Assembly: GCA_963831975.1 (NCBI GenBank)
Contig: CAWHSO010000025.1
Span: 1,576,120-1,640,119 of the forward strand
Reading direction: 5' to 3'
DNA length: 64,000 nucleotides
From: an uncultured Alphaproteobacteria bacterium
GTDB taxonomy: Bacteria; Pseudomonadota; Alphaproteobacteria; Rhizobiales; Xanthobacteraceae
Below, piece by piece: positions 24,710 through 36,896 of the stretch. Within the stretch, counting starts at the first letter, position 1. Each line of letters opens with the position of its first letter. The position numbers and the translations under genes are program-made. A model generated the notes under the pieces. That model had not been told where the DNA came from. It did no database searches and saw nothing but the letters and a program-made list of their open reading frames with translations.

Positions 24710-27138
24710 CTACGATTGGCATCGAATGGGCTTGGCCAAGCGTTCCCTGGCGTAGCGGGCATGCCTGGTCAGCGGGAAACGTCGAATTAAGTCGCGCTCT
24801 ATGGTTTGCTCTTCATCGGTTTTGCACGCGGTTCGAAGAATAATCGACATCCATGAATAGGCATTATCGACCGCGTTGCCGTTCGGAAACGCGGCGAGAA
24901 GCTTTTGGAATGTTGTCCGCGCGGCCTGCGGATCCCCCATTTCTATGCCCTGCGCGTATATCTGTTCGGCCATTGCGTCGTCCAATAATTTTAAATCGGG
25001 AAATTCCCGTTGCATGGCTCCGACGACATCGACGGTCCGCTCAGGCTGGTACACCGCCATAATTCGGGCCTTCCGATAGTAAAGCAATTCGCGCAACTGG
25101 CCATGTGCCGGATTCTTTGCCGTCTTATCGAGGGTCGCGTCGATCATGTGAAGCGCCTGTCGGAGATCCCTGTGCGCAAGCACATGCGGCAGGCGATCGC
25201 CGCCGGGCCGGAAACTCGGATCGATTAACATGGAATACTTGATGATGATTGCGCGTGCGCGCTTATAAAGGACATCCGGCTGTTGCGTGCCCGCCGAGCT
25301 CAAAAAGTCCAGATACTGCGAAATTTCCTTTGAAGCCTCGTTCACATAAGGCAGTTCGACTGCATTCGAATCGACCGCTAAGTCGGGATTGAACTTCTTG
25401 ATACCCGCCGCGATACGGTCGGGATCGGTTGTCTGGGGCAGGGAGTTTGCGGGCACGTTGAGTGCATTGAGGCCGTGGGTGGCGATTTCGCCGGCCAACG
25501 CATAGTCGAAATCCCGGTACGCGGCGCGCGCTGCGACATACCAAAGCGCCGGCTGTTTGGCAAAGCCGGCGTGTGACTCACCAGCGCGTATTGCTGTCGT
25601 GCGGGATATTTGGCGAAAATTCTTATTACTTCACTTGTTGCCGCACCCGAATAGTCGCCATTGCCCACGATCATGGCCTGGGAGAAGTCCGCCATTGCTT
25701 CATCCCGCTTGCCTTGATGATGCGCCAACCAGCCCAGCATGTAGGCGGCATCATCCGCGAGTGGCATGGATAAATCCAGTGCGACAGCCTCAAAATGCGG
25801 CTTTGCGGCGGCGGCACGTGCGGCGAAATTGGGGTTGATATTGCCGAGCGGGCTATCGGCGGTAAAGATCGGGGTTGCGATTGGCGAAGCTAAGCCCCGA
25901 GGCCACGTAATATCCCGCGTCCGGAGAATTGGCCATCAGGCTTTTCAGCTCAACCACGGCGCTCGCGTCTGCACCTGGCGACAGGTGCGCGCTGATCGCG
26001 GCAACGTATTCTGGAACAGCGACCCCATGATTTTGTAACCGGCCGCATAGTGCAGGACGTTGGCGATAACCGACTTCGGATTTGCGGACAGCGCCTTTTC
26101 GAAGTCGCCGTTGATGTAGTAGGCGAATTCGATAAAGGGATCGGGCTGTTTGCTCGCTAGGAAGCTTTGGATGGCGTTGCGGACGTCCGGGTGCTCCGTC
26201 TGCGGCCCGTATTGGTCGAGGCGCGAATATATATTGGCGCCCAGCCGCAGGATCGCACCCGAAGGAATGAGCGCCCAAACGTGGGACTGCAGCTTCTTTG
26301 AAGGGAATTTTTTGAATATTGCATCCAACGCGTCGTTGGCGACTTTTGGCGACCTGTCGCGCGCCAGCACACGTGTCATGATGGCGACATCCGGCCATAG
26401 CCGGTAATCGTCCTTGGCGAGCGATTGATCTTGTTGCAGCAGCTTTTGCAGCGCGGCCTGAAATTGCCGGACGGCGAGATCGGCGGGATCGATGGCGATA
26501 TAGCGCTTGCGACCGCGACCGTTGGCGTCGAAGCTTGCCGTGTACAGGAAGCCGCGACCGCCGGTAATTCGATAGATGGGGAAGCCCTTTTTTGCCGACG
26601 TCGGCAAGTCACCGAGCGTATCGACGAGCACGCCGAGATGCGGGTCCTTGCCGTCGGCAATGTCGCTGAGGTCAGTGCCGCCAACCTCTTCGAGTTTGAC
26701 GCTGCCCCAGGTCGCAAATACGGCGTTGGGTGCTCCGTCCTGTACATTGGGCCAATTGACGTTCGCGGGCTGCTCGTTCATCTGCGACGACAAGCTCTGG
26801 ACTTCCGCCTGCACAACGCTCGTGTTCAGGGCCGCGGCCGGCGCACCCATCATGGTGTAGATTACAGTTCTGTCCTGATCATAAATGAAAGCGTTTGTGA
26901 CAGGCACGGTGGTGCCCTTGATATTCCGTTGCTGCTTCCGGTCACAACGCGTCGCATTATAAACATCGTCGGCAGGCTTGCAGCCAAACGACATATAGTT
27001 TGGGTCATCGGGAGCAACACGAGCCCCGAGCGAAAACCCATCAACGGCGTACTGAGCGGCGGTTGCGGGAGCGGGCGCCAATAGAACGACGAGCAGCGCG
27101 ATAGGTGGCAAGCAGATGTGAAATCGTGAAGCAGCCAT
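24710..27138 (-). CDS. Large (~810 aa) secreted protein of unknown function, frame-disrupted (about three shifts)
   Basis: Signal peptide MAASRFHICLPPIALLVVLLAPAPATAAQ. Contiguous coding signal runs across ORFs 25945-27138, 25853-26398 (tail), 25378-25767 and 24710-25498. Lower GC (~50-58%). No family recognised. Confidence 0.55.
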
Positions 27139-27289
27139 CGCCCAACAGCCGTCTAAAAAATAGCAAAATAATTCCTAGGAAAAATCTAGCCGAAGCGCCC
27201 GGGCCGCGGCAAGAGAATTCTTGCCACGGCGCCGGCCATCGGCCTGCCGTTCGCTGGCGACCATGGGGGTGTTCGTGGTATTGATGTTC

Positions 27290-27793
27290 ATGACTGAAAG
27301 TCACGATCACTCATCCCCAGACGAGACCGAGCGCTGGAAGCACGACGGCGTGCGCGTCATTCCGGGCAATCAGCTCGATCCCAACGTGCCGTCGACGCCG
27401 GGCATGGATCGCAAGGCCGCGATCAATTTCGCCCGCGCCGGCGCGCAAAAACTGTGGGCCGGCACGGTGACCATCAAGCCGGATGCGAAAACCGGCGCGC
27501 ACCATCACGGGCATTTGGAAAGCATCATCTATGTGGTGCGCGGCAAGGCGCGCATGCGCTGGGGCGAGCACCTGCAATTCACCGCCGAGGCCAATCCCGG
27601 CGATTTCATCTTCATCCCGCCCTATGTGCCGCATCAGGAGATCAATGCCAGCCCCGACCAGGTGCTGGAATGCGTGCTGGTGCGCAGCGACGGCGAGGCG
27701 ATCGCCATCAATCTCGACATCGAGCCGGTGGAGAAGCCGCAAACCGTGCTGTGGGTCGACCCGATTCACCGCGATGGTGCGGTGAAGACGTAA
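27290..27793 (+). CDS. Cupin-domain protein
   Basis: GAHHHGHLESIIYVVRGKARMRWGE ... GDFIFIPPYVPHQEIN, the two-motif cupin signature. An upstream alternative start at 27221 is possible. Confidence 0.75.
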   Translation: MTESHDHSSPDETERWKHDGVRVIPGNQLDPNVPSTPGMDRKAAINFARAGAQKLWAGTVTIKPDAKTGAHHHGHLESIIYVVRGKARMRWGEHLQFTAEANPGDFIFIPPYVPHQEINASPDQVLECVLVRSDGEAIAINLDIEPVEKPQTVLWVDPIHRDGAVKT

Positions 27794-27810
27794 ACGGCGC
27801 GCCGCTGCCG

Positions 27811-28668
27811 CTAAAAGCAGAGAGTGCCGACGAAGTTGCCGCGTCTGTCTTTGATGATCATGGAACATTCCAGGCGCTTGAGCGCGGCCTTGGCGTCTTC
27901 GTTGCCGAGCGCTGCGGCCTGCTCGTAATAGCCCTTGGCGGCCTTGGTGTCCTGCGGTCCGCCGCGGCCGGAGAGCACGAATGAGCCCAGCCAATCCAAC
28001 GCCTCGGCGTGGTTTTGGGCGGCGGCCTTTTCGAACATGGCCCGCGCCGCGACCTCGTCCTTCGGGCCGCCGGTGCCTTCCGCATACATCACGCCGAGCT
28101 GAAACTGCGCTTCGGCGGAATTGGCGTCCGCCGCTTTCATCAGCATCGCCCTGGCCTGGGCCGGATCCGCCGGCGGCCCGGCGGCGCCGCCGTTGGAGAG
28201 CGCGGTGAGACGGGTCACGCCGCGCGGATTGCCGGCCGCGGCGGCGCGCTCGAACAGCGTCCGCGCCTGCGCCTCGTCCTTGTCGACGCCGGAGCCCGCG
28301 GCATACAGGATGCCGAGCTCGACCATGGCCGCGGAGCTGCCTTTGTCGATCGCCTTGCGATAGGCGGCGATCGCGTCGGGCAATTGCCCGTTGGCGGCGT
28401 AGGCGCGGCCGAGCTGAAACAGCGCCCGGCGCGACGACGGCGCCGCGATCTTGCAGAATTTGATCGCGGTGGCGACGTCGGACGGCGCGATGTCGGCTGC
28501 GCCTTTGACGTCCGCCGGCTTGTCGGGATCGGTGGGATCGGCGGCGAGCCGGTCGCACAGCACCAGATCGGCCGATTGCGCGCGGGCGGGCGACTGCGCA
28601 GCCGTCAGCGCAAGCGCCGAAAGCGCGAACACGCAAGCGATCGAAGCACCGCCGGATCGTTTCGTCAT
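27811..28668 (-). CDS. Sel1-repeat (TPR-like) secreted protein
   Basis: Intact 285-aa ORF with a signal peptide and repeated units of the form A..L G.MY..G.GV..D...A..WFEKAA. Confidence 0.85.
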   Translation of the reverse strand: MTKRSGGASIACVFALSALALTAAQSPARAQSADLVLCDRLAADPTDPDKPADVKGAADIAPSDVATAIKFCKIAAPSSRRALFQLGRAYAANGQLPDAIAAYRKAIDKGSSAAMVELGILYAAGSGVDKDEAQARTLFERAAAAGNPRGVTRLTALSNGGAAGPPADPAQARAMLMKAADANSAEAQFQLGVMYAEGTGGPKDEVAARAMFEKAAAQNHAEALDWLGSFVLSGRGGPQDTKAAKGYYEQAAALGNEDAKAALKRLECSMIIKDRRGNFVGTLCF

Positions 28669-28719
28669 GGCGCCGATTTTATCACGATCCCGGCCGGGCG
28701 CGCACCGTGGGCGCGCGCA

Positions 28720-29541
28720 TCAAACCGGCTTTTCGCCGAGGATGGTCAATCGCCGCATCAGGCGGCGTTCGGCGGCGCTGAAGTCGGTCCGGGCGTGGAG
28801 CGTGCAGCGGTTGTCCCACATCAAAAGGTCGTGCGGCCGCCAGATATGCTCGTAGATGAATTGCGGCTGCTCCTGATGATCGAACAGCGCGTTGAGAAGG
28901 GCCTCGCCTTCGGCATCCGGCAGTCCTTCGATGGCGACGGTCATCAGCCGGTTGACATAGAGCGCCTTTCGCCCGGTGGCCGGATGGGTCCGCACGATGG
29001 GATGCCAGTACGACGGAATGCCGTCGCGCGGCTTGGTGCCGCGCTTCATCGAGGCGTTGTCATAGTCGTAGGCATTGAGCGCGTTGCGGCCTTCGATGCT
29101 CTTTTTCATCGCCGCGGGCAGCGTTTCGTAGGCGAGATAGGCGTTGGCGAACAGCGTGTTGCCGCCCGTGCGCGGAATTTCCAGCGCATAGAGCATCGAC
29201 GCCATCGCCGGCCGCTCCTGATGGCATTGGTCGGTGTGAAAGTGCATCTCGCCGTCGGGTAGCGCGCCGATCAGCTTGCCGTTTTCGCGGATGTTGGAAA
29301 TCAGCATCACCGCCGGGTTCTTGGTCGTGTAGCGCCGCGTGTGGCTCACCGCGGGCGGCCCAAAGCGCTCGCCGAAGCGGACCTGGTCGTCTTCGGTGAG
29401 ATGTTGATCGCGGAACAGGATCACGAGATTGCGGTGCCAACAGTCGAGCACCTTGGCGAAAGTTTCATCGCTCATCGGCGCGCTGAGATCGACGCCGATG
29501 ATTTCGGCGCCGATTGCCGGCGCCAGCGCACGCGTGCGCAA
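28720..29541 (-). CDS. TauD/TfdA family Fe(II)/2-oxoglutarate dioxygenase
   Basis: Intact 273-aa ORF. IGAEIIGVDLS ... MHFHTDQCH (HxD) ... WDNRCTLHAR. Confidence 0.85.
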   Translation of the reverse strand: MRTRALAPAIGAEIIGVDLSAPMSDETFAKVLDCWHRNLVILFRDQHLTEDDQVRFGERFGPPAVSHTRRYTTKNPAVMLISNIRENGKLIGALPDGEMHFHTDQCHQERPAMASMLYALEIPRTGGNTLFANAYLAYETLPAAMKKSIEGRNALNAYDYDNASMKRGTKPRDGIPSYWHPIVRTHPATGRKALYVNRLMTVAIEGLPDAEGEALLNALFDHQEQPQFIYEHIWRPHDLLMWDNRCTLHARTDFSAAERRLMRRLTILGEKPV

Positions 29542-29632
29542 GTTGCGATGGTCGTTGCGACACCTCGAACGCTTGCGTGCTCATGGCCATCTCCCTGTTA
29601 TTTTTCATCAGGTAGCATATCGAGCGACGCCG

Positions 29633-30660
29633 TCACTCTGTCAACTTGATGTTCGCCGCCTTGACGACTTGCGGCCACATCGCGCGCTCCTCGCGGATGG
29701 TGCGCATCATCTCGTCGGTGCCGCCATCCAATGTCGAGAGCGCCGATGTCCGGTACCAGGCGCGGATATCGGCGTCCGCCAGCGCCTGCGCGATGGCGTC
29801 GCGGAATTTCGCCACGATCGGCTCGGGCGTGCCGGCCGGCGCCATGACGCCCCAGATATTGGTCGAGGTAAAACCCGGAAAACCGGATTCGGCGATCGTC
29901 GGCACGTCCGGCAATTGCGGCAACCGGTTCGGCGAGCCGACGGCCAAAATCTTGAGCTGCCCGGCATTGGCCTGGGTCAGCGCCTGGGTCACGCCGAAGA
30001 ACATCACGTCGACCTGGCCGCTGATGAGATCGGGCGTCGCTTCGCCGGTGCCTTTGTACGGCACGTGCACCAGGTCGAAGCCGCCCTGCATCTTGAGCAT
30101 CTCCATGAACAACTGGTGCGTGCTGCCGACGCCGGTCGATGCGTAGGTGAATTTGCCGGGCTCGGCCTTGGCCAGCGCCACCAGCTCTCGCAGATTATTG
30201 GCTTTGAGATTCCGGTTGGCGACAATGACATTGATGATGCGCGCGAGCGGCGCCACCGGCGTGAAATCGCGATCCATGTCGTAGGACAAATTCGGGTAAA
30301 GCGCCGGCGAGACCGCGAACTGGATGTCGCTTGCCGACACGAACGTATAGCCGTCGGGCGCCGCATCCTTCGCCGCTTTCATGCCGATATTGCCATTGGC
30401 GCCGGGCCGGTTGTCGACAAAGAACGGGGCGCCGAGTTTCTGGCTGAGGAACAGCGCCACCTTCCGCGAGATGAGATCGCCGCTGGTGGCCGGCGGATAC
30501 GGCATGATCAGCCGCACCGGGCTGGTCGGGCCAAGATGTTGGCGCCACTGCTGTTTGCGCCAACGAGGGCGTCGGCGGCAACGAACGCCAGGATGAACCC
30601 AGCACCAGCCGGCGCCAGCTCCGCATTGCTATCTCCCAACCCATCGCGATACGCCGACAT
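29633..30660 (-). CDS. Bug family (TctC-like) tripartite tricarboxylate transporter substrate-binding protein, one frameshift
   Basis: PVRLIMPYPPATSGDLISRKVALFLSQKLGAPFFVDNRPGANGNIG. The N-terminal signal region is in another frame, with the shift near 30530. Confidence 0.8.
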
Positions 30661-30957
30661 CACGTTAGCACGTCTGGCCGCCGGCTGCGGTAGGACATTG
30701 GATAAAACTATCGGCCGATATAAACGAACCATAACCGAAGCGGCTCGCGGTGCGACATTCGAACACGGTGCCTATCGGCCGGATGCGCGATTAATAGAGC
30801 AGGGGCGGCCATGGAGGATGACAACATGGCTGTCGATATGGCGCTTTGGGCCTTCTTGCCGCAATGGCGGCATTTCTCGCTTCGGCTGCAAGGTGACGTG
30901 GGAAGATCAACGGCAGCGTGAGCGCGATATCGCGCCGCGGCGATTAGCGTGCGGCCG

Positions 30958-32475
30958 CTACTGCCCGCGCCGCACCGCGCTGGCGAAACGCTTGGCTTCT
31001 TCGGCGGCGCGGAATAGCGCCTTCGCCTTGTTGATGCATTCCTGCTGCTCGAATTGCGGATCGGAATCGGCGACGATGCCGGCGCCGGCCTGCACATACA
31101 TGGTGCCGTCCTTGATCAGCGCGGTGCGCAGCACGATGCAGGTGTCCATGTCGGCGCCGGCGGAGAAATAGCCGACGCAGCCGGCATAGAGCGAGCGCTT
31201 CTCCTTCTCCAATTCGTCGATGATCTGCATGGCGCGCACCTTTGGCGCGCCCGACACCGTGCCGGCGGGAAAGCCCGCGGCCAGCGCGTCGAGCGCGTCG
31301 CGGTCGCGGCGCAGCTTGCCCTCGACATTGGAGACGATGTGCATCACCTGGCTGTAGCGCTCGATGAAGAACTGGTCGGTGACGGTGACGGAGCCGATCT
31401 CGGCGACGCGGCCGACGTCGTTCCGGCCGAGATCGAGCAGCATGAGATGCTCGGCGCGTTCCTTCGGGTCGGCGAGCAGTTCCGCTTCGAGCGCCTGGTC
31501 TTCGTGCGGCGTGGCGCCGCGCGGCCGCGTGCCGGCGATGGGGCGGATGGTGACGATACCGTCGCGCGCCTTGACCATCAGCTCGGGGCTCGATCCGGCG
31601 ATGGCGAAGCTGCCGAATTCGAGAAAGAACAGATAGGGCGACGGATTGACCCGGCGCAGCGCGCGGTAAAGCGCGAACGGCGGCAGCGCAAACGGCGCCT
31701 CGAAACGCTGCGACAGCACCACCTGAAAAATATCGCCGGCGGCGATGTAGTCCTTGGCGCGCAGCACCATGGCTTTGAATTCGGCCGGCGTGGTGTTCGA
31801 GCGCGGCGCGACGTCGAGCGGGCCCAGGTCGATGTCCGCCGCCGATTTGTCGAGCGGCCGGTCGAGCGCATCGACCACGGCGGAGAGGCGTTCGACCGCG
31901 CGCGCGAGCGCGGCCTTCGCCGACAGGCCGGCTTGCGGCCGCACCGGCGAGACCACGGTGATGGTGTCTTTGACGGCATCGAACGCGATCACCAGCGTCG
32001 GGCGCACCAGCATGGCGTCCGGGATGCCGATCGGGTCGGGCGCCTGCGCCGGCAATTCCTCGATCAGCCGCACCATGTCGTAGCCGAGATAGCCGAACAC
32101 GCCGGCCGCCATGGGCGGCAGGTCGTCGGGCAGCGCGATGCGGCTTTCGGCGATGAAGGCGCGCAACGCCTGCAGCGGCGGCTCGGCCATCGGCGCGAAC
32201 GCCGCCGGGTCGCTCGCCGGCGCGCGGTTGAGCTCGGCGCGCTCGCCATCGACGCGGAAGATCATGTCGGGCTCGAGCCCGATGATCGAATAGCGGCCGC
32301 GCACCGCGCCGCCTTCGACCAATTCCAGCAAAAAGCTCATCGGCCGGGAGCCGGCGATTTTCAGGAAGGCGGAGACCGGCGTTTCCAGGTCCGCGACCAG
32401 CGTCGTCCACACCACCTGCGGCTCGCCGGCCTCATAGCGCGCGGCGAAATTTTCCGCCGAAGGCTCGATCTGCAT
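30958..32475 (-). CDS. trpE: Anthranilate synthase component I
   Basis: Intact 505-aa ORF. LLELVEGG ... FQVVLSQRF ... NPSPYLFFLEF ... GAPKVRAMQIIDELE ... GGAVGYF-like GCVGYFSAGADMDTCIVLRT. Confidence 0.95.
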   Translation of the reverse strand: MQIEPSAENFAARYEAGEPQVVWTTLVADLETPVSAFLKIAGSRPMSFLLELVEGGAVRGRYSIIGLEPDMIFRVDGERAELNRAPASDPAAFAPMAEPPLQALRAFIAESRIALPDDLPPMAAGVFGYLGYDMVRLIEELPAQAPDPIGIPDAMLVRPTLVIAFDAVKDTITVVSPVRPQAGLSAKAALARAVERLSAVVDALDRPLDKSAADIDLGPLDVAPRSNTTPAEFKAMVLRAKDYIAAGDIFQVVLSQRFEAPFALPPFALYRALRRVNPSPYLFFLEFGSFAIAGSSPELMVKARDGIVTIRPIAGTRPRGATPHEDQALEAELLADPKERAEHLMLLDLGRNDVGRVAEIGSVTVTDQFFIERYSQVMHIVSNVEGKLRRDRDALDALAAGFPAGTVSGAPKVRAMQIIDELEKEKRSLYAGCVGYFSAGADMDTCIVLRTALIKDGTMYVQAGAGIVADSDPQFEQQECINKAKALFRAAEEAKRFASAVRRGQ

Positions 32476-34398
32476 TCAATTGGTATCCGGCGCGCTGTTG
32501 CCCAAGGCTTGCTGGAGCGCCGACTGGTTGACGCTGGTGCCGAGATCGCTCTCCAGCCACGCCATGTACTGGCCGAACACGTCGTCGCCGATTTGGCGCG
32601 ATGACCATCTCGTCGAGCTGCTTGGCCGTTCGGTGAGTTGGCGTCGAGGCTCGGCGTTTTGACGTCGGTCACCCGGAACACGGTCCATTGCGTCGGCTTG
32701 TCGCCCTCGGCGCTGGCATAGGCATCCAAGGCGGTGTGGAAGATGGCGTCGATCATCCGCGCCGAAATCGTCTCCGGCGGCTTGCTGCGGGTGATGCCGG
32801 TCGCGGTTTCGACTTTGACGCCGTTGGCCGCGGCCATGGCCTCGAGCGTGCCGCCGTTTTTCAGCTTGTCGAGGATGTCGGCCGCCTTGGCCTTCAGCCG
32901 CGAGGCGATCTCGTCGTCGCGCCACTGCTGCCTCGACCTGGCTTTTCACCTCGTCGAGATTGCGCTCGCGCGCCGGCGTGATGCCGGTCGACGTCGTACC
33001 AGATATAGCCGCCATCGGCCTCGAGCGGATCGTTGTCGACGCCGACATCGGTCGCGAACGCGGCGTTGACCACTTCGGCGGCGTGGGGAAGGTTTTCGAT
33101 CGGCTTGCCGTCGGGGCCGCGGCCGGAGCGGTCGATGGCGTCGTAGGTGACGACCGGCAGCTTCAGTTTCTGCGCCGCTTCCTCGAGCGAGGCGCCGCCG
33201 GCGCGGGCGTCCTCGATCTTGTCGTGGATGTCCTGGACGACTTTCTTGACGCGCGCCAAGGCGATCTCGTTGCGGATCTGCGGCGCCACGTCGGCGAAGG
33301 TTTTGCCTTCCTCGGGGATGATCTGCGACACGGTGACGATGACCACGCCGAAGCTGGCCTTGCACCGGCGCGCTCACTTCGCCGTCCTTGAGCGAAAAGG
33401 CGGCATCCGCCACGGCCGGATCGATGATGGTGGATTTCGGCACCGTGCCGAGATCGAGGTCCTGCTCCTTGAGCCCGCGCTCGGCCGCGAGCGCCGAGAA
33501 CGTCAGGCCGCCCTTGATGCGCGTCGCTGGCGGCTTGCGCCTCGGCCATGGTGGGAAACGGCATCTGCTCGATGTGGCGGCGCTCCGGCGTGATGTAGCG
33601 GTTGCGGTAGGTGTCAAAAATCCGTTTGACGTCCTCGTCCGGGACCTCGGCGGTCTTGGCGAGCTCCGCCGGCGTCGCCACCACGGCCGCGATTTTGCGG
33701 AATTCCGGCGCGCGGAACAGGATTTTGCGCGCATCGAAATATTTGCTGAGCTGCTTCCGCGGTCGGCGGCGCAATGTCGCCGGCTTGCGCCGGACCGAGC
33801 GCCAAATAGGCGATGCTGCGCTGCTTGGTTCTGAAACTGATTAAGCGCGTCGAGCCAGGCGCTCGGCAGCGGGATATTGCCCGAGACCGAATCGATGATC
33901 TGCCGGCGTAAGCGTCAGGTTGCGCTGCTCGGCGACGAAGCGCTTCTCGTTGAAGCCGGCATTGCGCATCGCGTCTTCGAACCGGGCGCGGTCGAACTGG
34001 CCTTGCTGGTTCTGGAACGACGGATTGGTAACGATGCGCTGCGAGATTTCGGCATCGGAAACGCCAAGCCGCATTTGCCGCGCGCGCTCGTTCAAGCCGG
34101 CCTCGGCGACCATCTCGCTCAAGACCTGCCGCGGCACGCCGCGGGCCATGGCTTCCTCCGGCGTGACCACGTGGCCGGACTGCCGGCTGAGCATCTGCAC
34201 CGCATCGTTGTAGGTCTGCCGGAACTGCTCGATCGGGATTTCGACGCCGCCGATCTTGGCGACCGTCGAGCGGCCGAAGCCGCGAAAGATGTCGTTGATG
34301 CCCCAGACCGCGAAACTGCCGGCCAAAAGCGTCATCACCACACCCATGACGATGCGGCCGAGCCAATTCGCGGAGGCTTTGCGGATACCTCGAAGCAT
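32476..34398 (-). CDS. ppiD: Periplasmic chaperone / peptidyl-prolyl isomerase PpiD-like protein, frame-disrupted (about five shifts)
   Basis: N-terminus MLRGIRKASANWLGRIVMGVVMTLLAGSFAVWGINDIF (membrane anchor + SurA_N). Later segments are recoverable from ORFs 33163-33774, 32894-33346 and 32476-33048. The stop abuts the trpE start. Confidence 0.7.
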
Positions 34399-34593
34399 TA
34401 CGTCCCACGCTCTGGAGTGGTTTGCTTAAAGCCCATGGTCAGGCGCTTCCCTAAACCTTGGGCCAAAGGCGGCGCATCATAAGGAGCGTTGCGCTGCACC
34501 GCAACCGATGGAATTTGCAGATAAAGCGCCCCTTTTCCGCCTGCAACTGGTCTGCTAACGGCTCTTTGTCGCAGGATTTTTTAGGCCGAATCG

Positions 34594-35335
34594 ATGGCGC
34601 GCCGACCGCTGGTCGCTGGCAATTGGAAGATGAACGGGCTTGCGGCTTGCGCCGGCGAGCTTGAGGCCATCATCGCCGGCGCCCGCGGCCTGCCCAACGC
34701 CGACTTTATGATATGTCCGCCGGCGACGCTGCTGGCGCGCTTTGCGGCGCTGGCGCGCGGCTCGCGCGTCGCCATCGGCGGCCAGGACTGCCATGCCGAA
34801 CCGGCCGGCGCCTATACCGGCGATATTGCCGCCGAAATGCTCAAGGATGCCGGCGCCAGCGCCGTCATCGTCGGCCATTCCGAACGCCGCCACTATCACG
34901 GCGAGACCGACGCCATGGTGCGCGCCAAGGCGCTTGCGGCGCGGCGCGCCGGCCTCCTTGCCATCATCTGTGTCGGCGAGACGCGCGCCGAGCGCGATGC
35001 CGGCAAGGCGCACACGGTCGTGCGCGCGCAACTCGACGGCTCGCTGCCGGACGGATTGGCGGATTTCGTCGTCGCCTATGAGCCGGTCTGGGCGATCGGC
35101 ACCGGCGTGACGCCGACCAAGAACGATGTCGCCGACATGCACCGCTTCATCCGCGAGCGGCTTTGCGCGCCGTTTTGGCGACGCCGGGCAGGGCGTCCGT
35201 ATTCTCTACGGCGGCTCGGTCAAGCCGGCCAACGCCAAGGAATTGCTCGGCATCGCCAATGTCGATGGCGCGCTGATCGGCGGCGCAAGCCTCAAGGCCG
35301 ACGAGTTCCTGGCGATAGCGGCCGTTTACCGCTAA
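34594..35335 (+). CDS. tpiA: Triose-phosphate isomerase, one frameshift near 35170
   Basis: [13 protein letters not shown] ... VIVGHSERR ... [12 protein letters not shown] ... ILYGGSVKP. Confidence 0.95.
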
Positions 35336-35383
35336 CCTTCACCGTGCCGCCGGCGCTCAAGACCGGCGGCTCGGGAGGACGCC

Positions 35384-36136
35384 ATGAAAATCCATCGTGC
35401 GATTGCCGTCATTGCCTTACTGGGGCTGTCGCTGCCGACGACTGCGGCCCATGCCGCCGAGATAAAACTCCTCGAAGGCAACGCGCTCAACGCGGTGATG
35501 GAGGACCTCGGCCCGCAGTTCGAGAAAGCGACCGAGAACAAGCTTGTCGTCACGCTTGGAACATCGGCGCAACTGAAGGCCCGTATCGAGAGCGGCGAGG
35601 CGTTCGATGCCGTGCTGCTGACCAAGGCGGCGCTCGACGAGCTCGCTACCGCCGGCAAAGTCGCGGATGTGCCTCGCCTCGCGATCGCGCGCGCCGGCAT
35701 CGGCGTCGCCATCCGCAAAGGTGCGGCAAAGCCCGATCTGAGCACCACCGACGCCTTCAAGCAGGCCATGTTGAACGCAAAATCGATCGGCTTCGTCGAT
35801 CAGACGCCGACTGCGGCGGCGCTCAAAGCCATATTCGTGAAGCTTGGCATCGCCGACGAGATCAAATCCAAGATCAAGCCGCTGACGATTCAGGCCGCGG
35901 TCGCGGTCACCAACGGCGACGTCGAGATCGCGATGACCCAGATCAGCGAAATTCTGCCCTATCCCGGCGTCGAGCTGGCCGGTCCGCTGCCGCCGGACAT
36001 TCAAACCTATACGATGTTCTCCGCCGGCATCAGCGCGGCGGCGAAAAATGCCGAAGCGGCAGCTGCCTTGATCAAATTCCTGACCTCGCCCGATGCCAAG
36101 GCGGTGATCAAGGCCAAGGGAATGGAGCCGGGCTGA
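35384..36136 (+). CDS. Periplasmic substrate-binding protein (ModA-like PBP2 fold)
   Basis: Intact 250-aa ORF with a signal peptide and ModA-like segments ([25 protein letters not shown] ... [13 protein letters not shown]). Confidence 0.6.
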   Translation: MKIHRAIAVIALLGLSLPTTAAHAAEIKLLEGNALNAVMEDLGPQFEKATENKLVVTLGTSAQLKARIESGEAFDAVLLTKAALDELATAGKVADVPRLAIARAGIGVAIRKGAAKPDLSTTDAFKQAMLNAKSIGFVDQTPTAAALKAIFVKLGIADEIKSKIKPLTIQAAVAVTNGDVEIAMTQISEILPYPGVELAGPLPPDIQTYTMFSAGISAAAKNAEAAAALIKFLTSPDAKAVIKAKGMEPG

Positions 36137-36174
36137 GCGCGGCCGCTTGAAAAATCGGAAAACGGGAGGGAGCC

Positions 36175-36884
36175 ATGGCCGACGACAATAATCCGATACG
36201 CCGTCGCAATTTCCTGATGGGGGCGGGCACCGCGGTCGCTGCGTCTTTGGCGCCGCCGGTTGCCGCGCAGGCGCAGACCGCGCCGAGCGCGCCAACGCGG
36301 CGCCCGACGTCGAGCCGCTGCTCACGCTGACGGCGACCGAGCACGCCTTCTTCGTCGCCGCCGCCGACACGCTGATCCCGGCCGACGACTTGTCGCCATC
36401 GGGCAGCCAATGCGGCGTCGCGACCTTCATCGACCGGCAGCTCGCCGGCGCTTATGGCGGCGGTGCGCGGCTTTATCGCGACGGGCCGTTCACCAAGGCC
36501 AAGCCCGAGCTCGGCTATCAGCTGCCGCTCAATCCGCGCGAATTTTTCCGCGCCGGCATTGCCGCGGCCAACGACTGGTCGCGCAAGACCTACGGCAAGG
36601 ATTTCGATCGCCTCGCCGATGCCGACCGCGAAACCGCGTTCAAGGCCATGGAAAGCGGCAAGGCGGAGTTCTCCGGCTTTTCCAGCCGCATGTTCTTCAA
36701 CGCGCTGCTCGACTTGAGCATGGAAGGCTTTTTCGCCGACCCGATCTATGGCGGCAACCGCGACATGGCGGCGTGGAAGATGGTCGGCTATCCGGGCCTG
36801 CCGGCGACCTATCGCGAGGACATCAAAAAATATTTCGGCAAAAAGTACGACAAGCCGCCGCGCTCGATCGCGGATTTCTCTTGA
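36175..36884 (+). CDS. Gluconate 2-dehydrogenase gamma-subunit family protein (Tat signal), copy 1, frame-disrupted
   Basis: MADDNNPIRRRNFLMGAGTAV twin-arginine signal after a GGGAGGG RBS. C-terminal part FFNALLDLSMEGFFADPIYGGNRDMAAWKMVGYPG. Confidence 0.8.
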
Positions 36885-36896
36885 GGGAGATGCGCC

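Noticed and set aside
30661-30957. A possible trp leader or attenuator near trpE, and a 36-codon ORF in the 300-bp gap downstream of trpE.
   Set aside because: The gap is downstream of trpE, not upstream. The trpE start abuts the ppiD stop with no leader space. No Trp-codon-rich peptide or alternative hairpins were seen.
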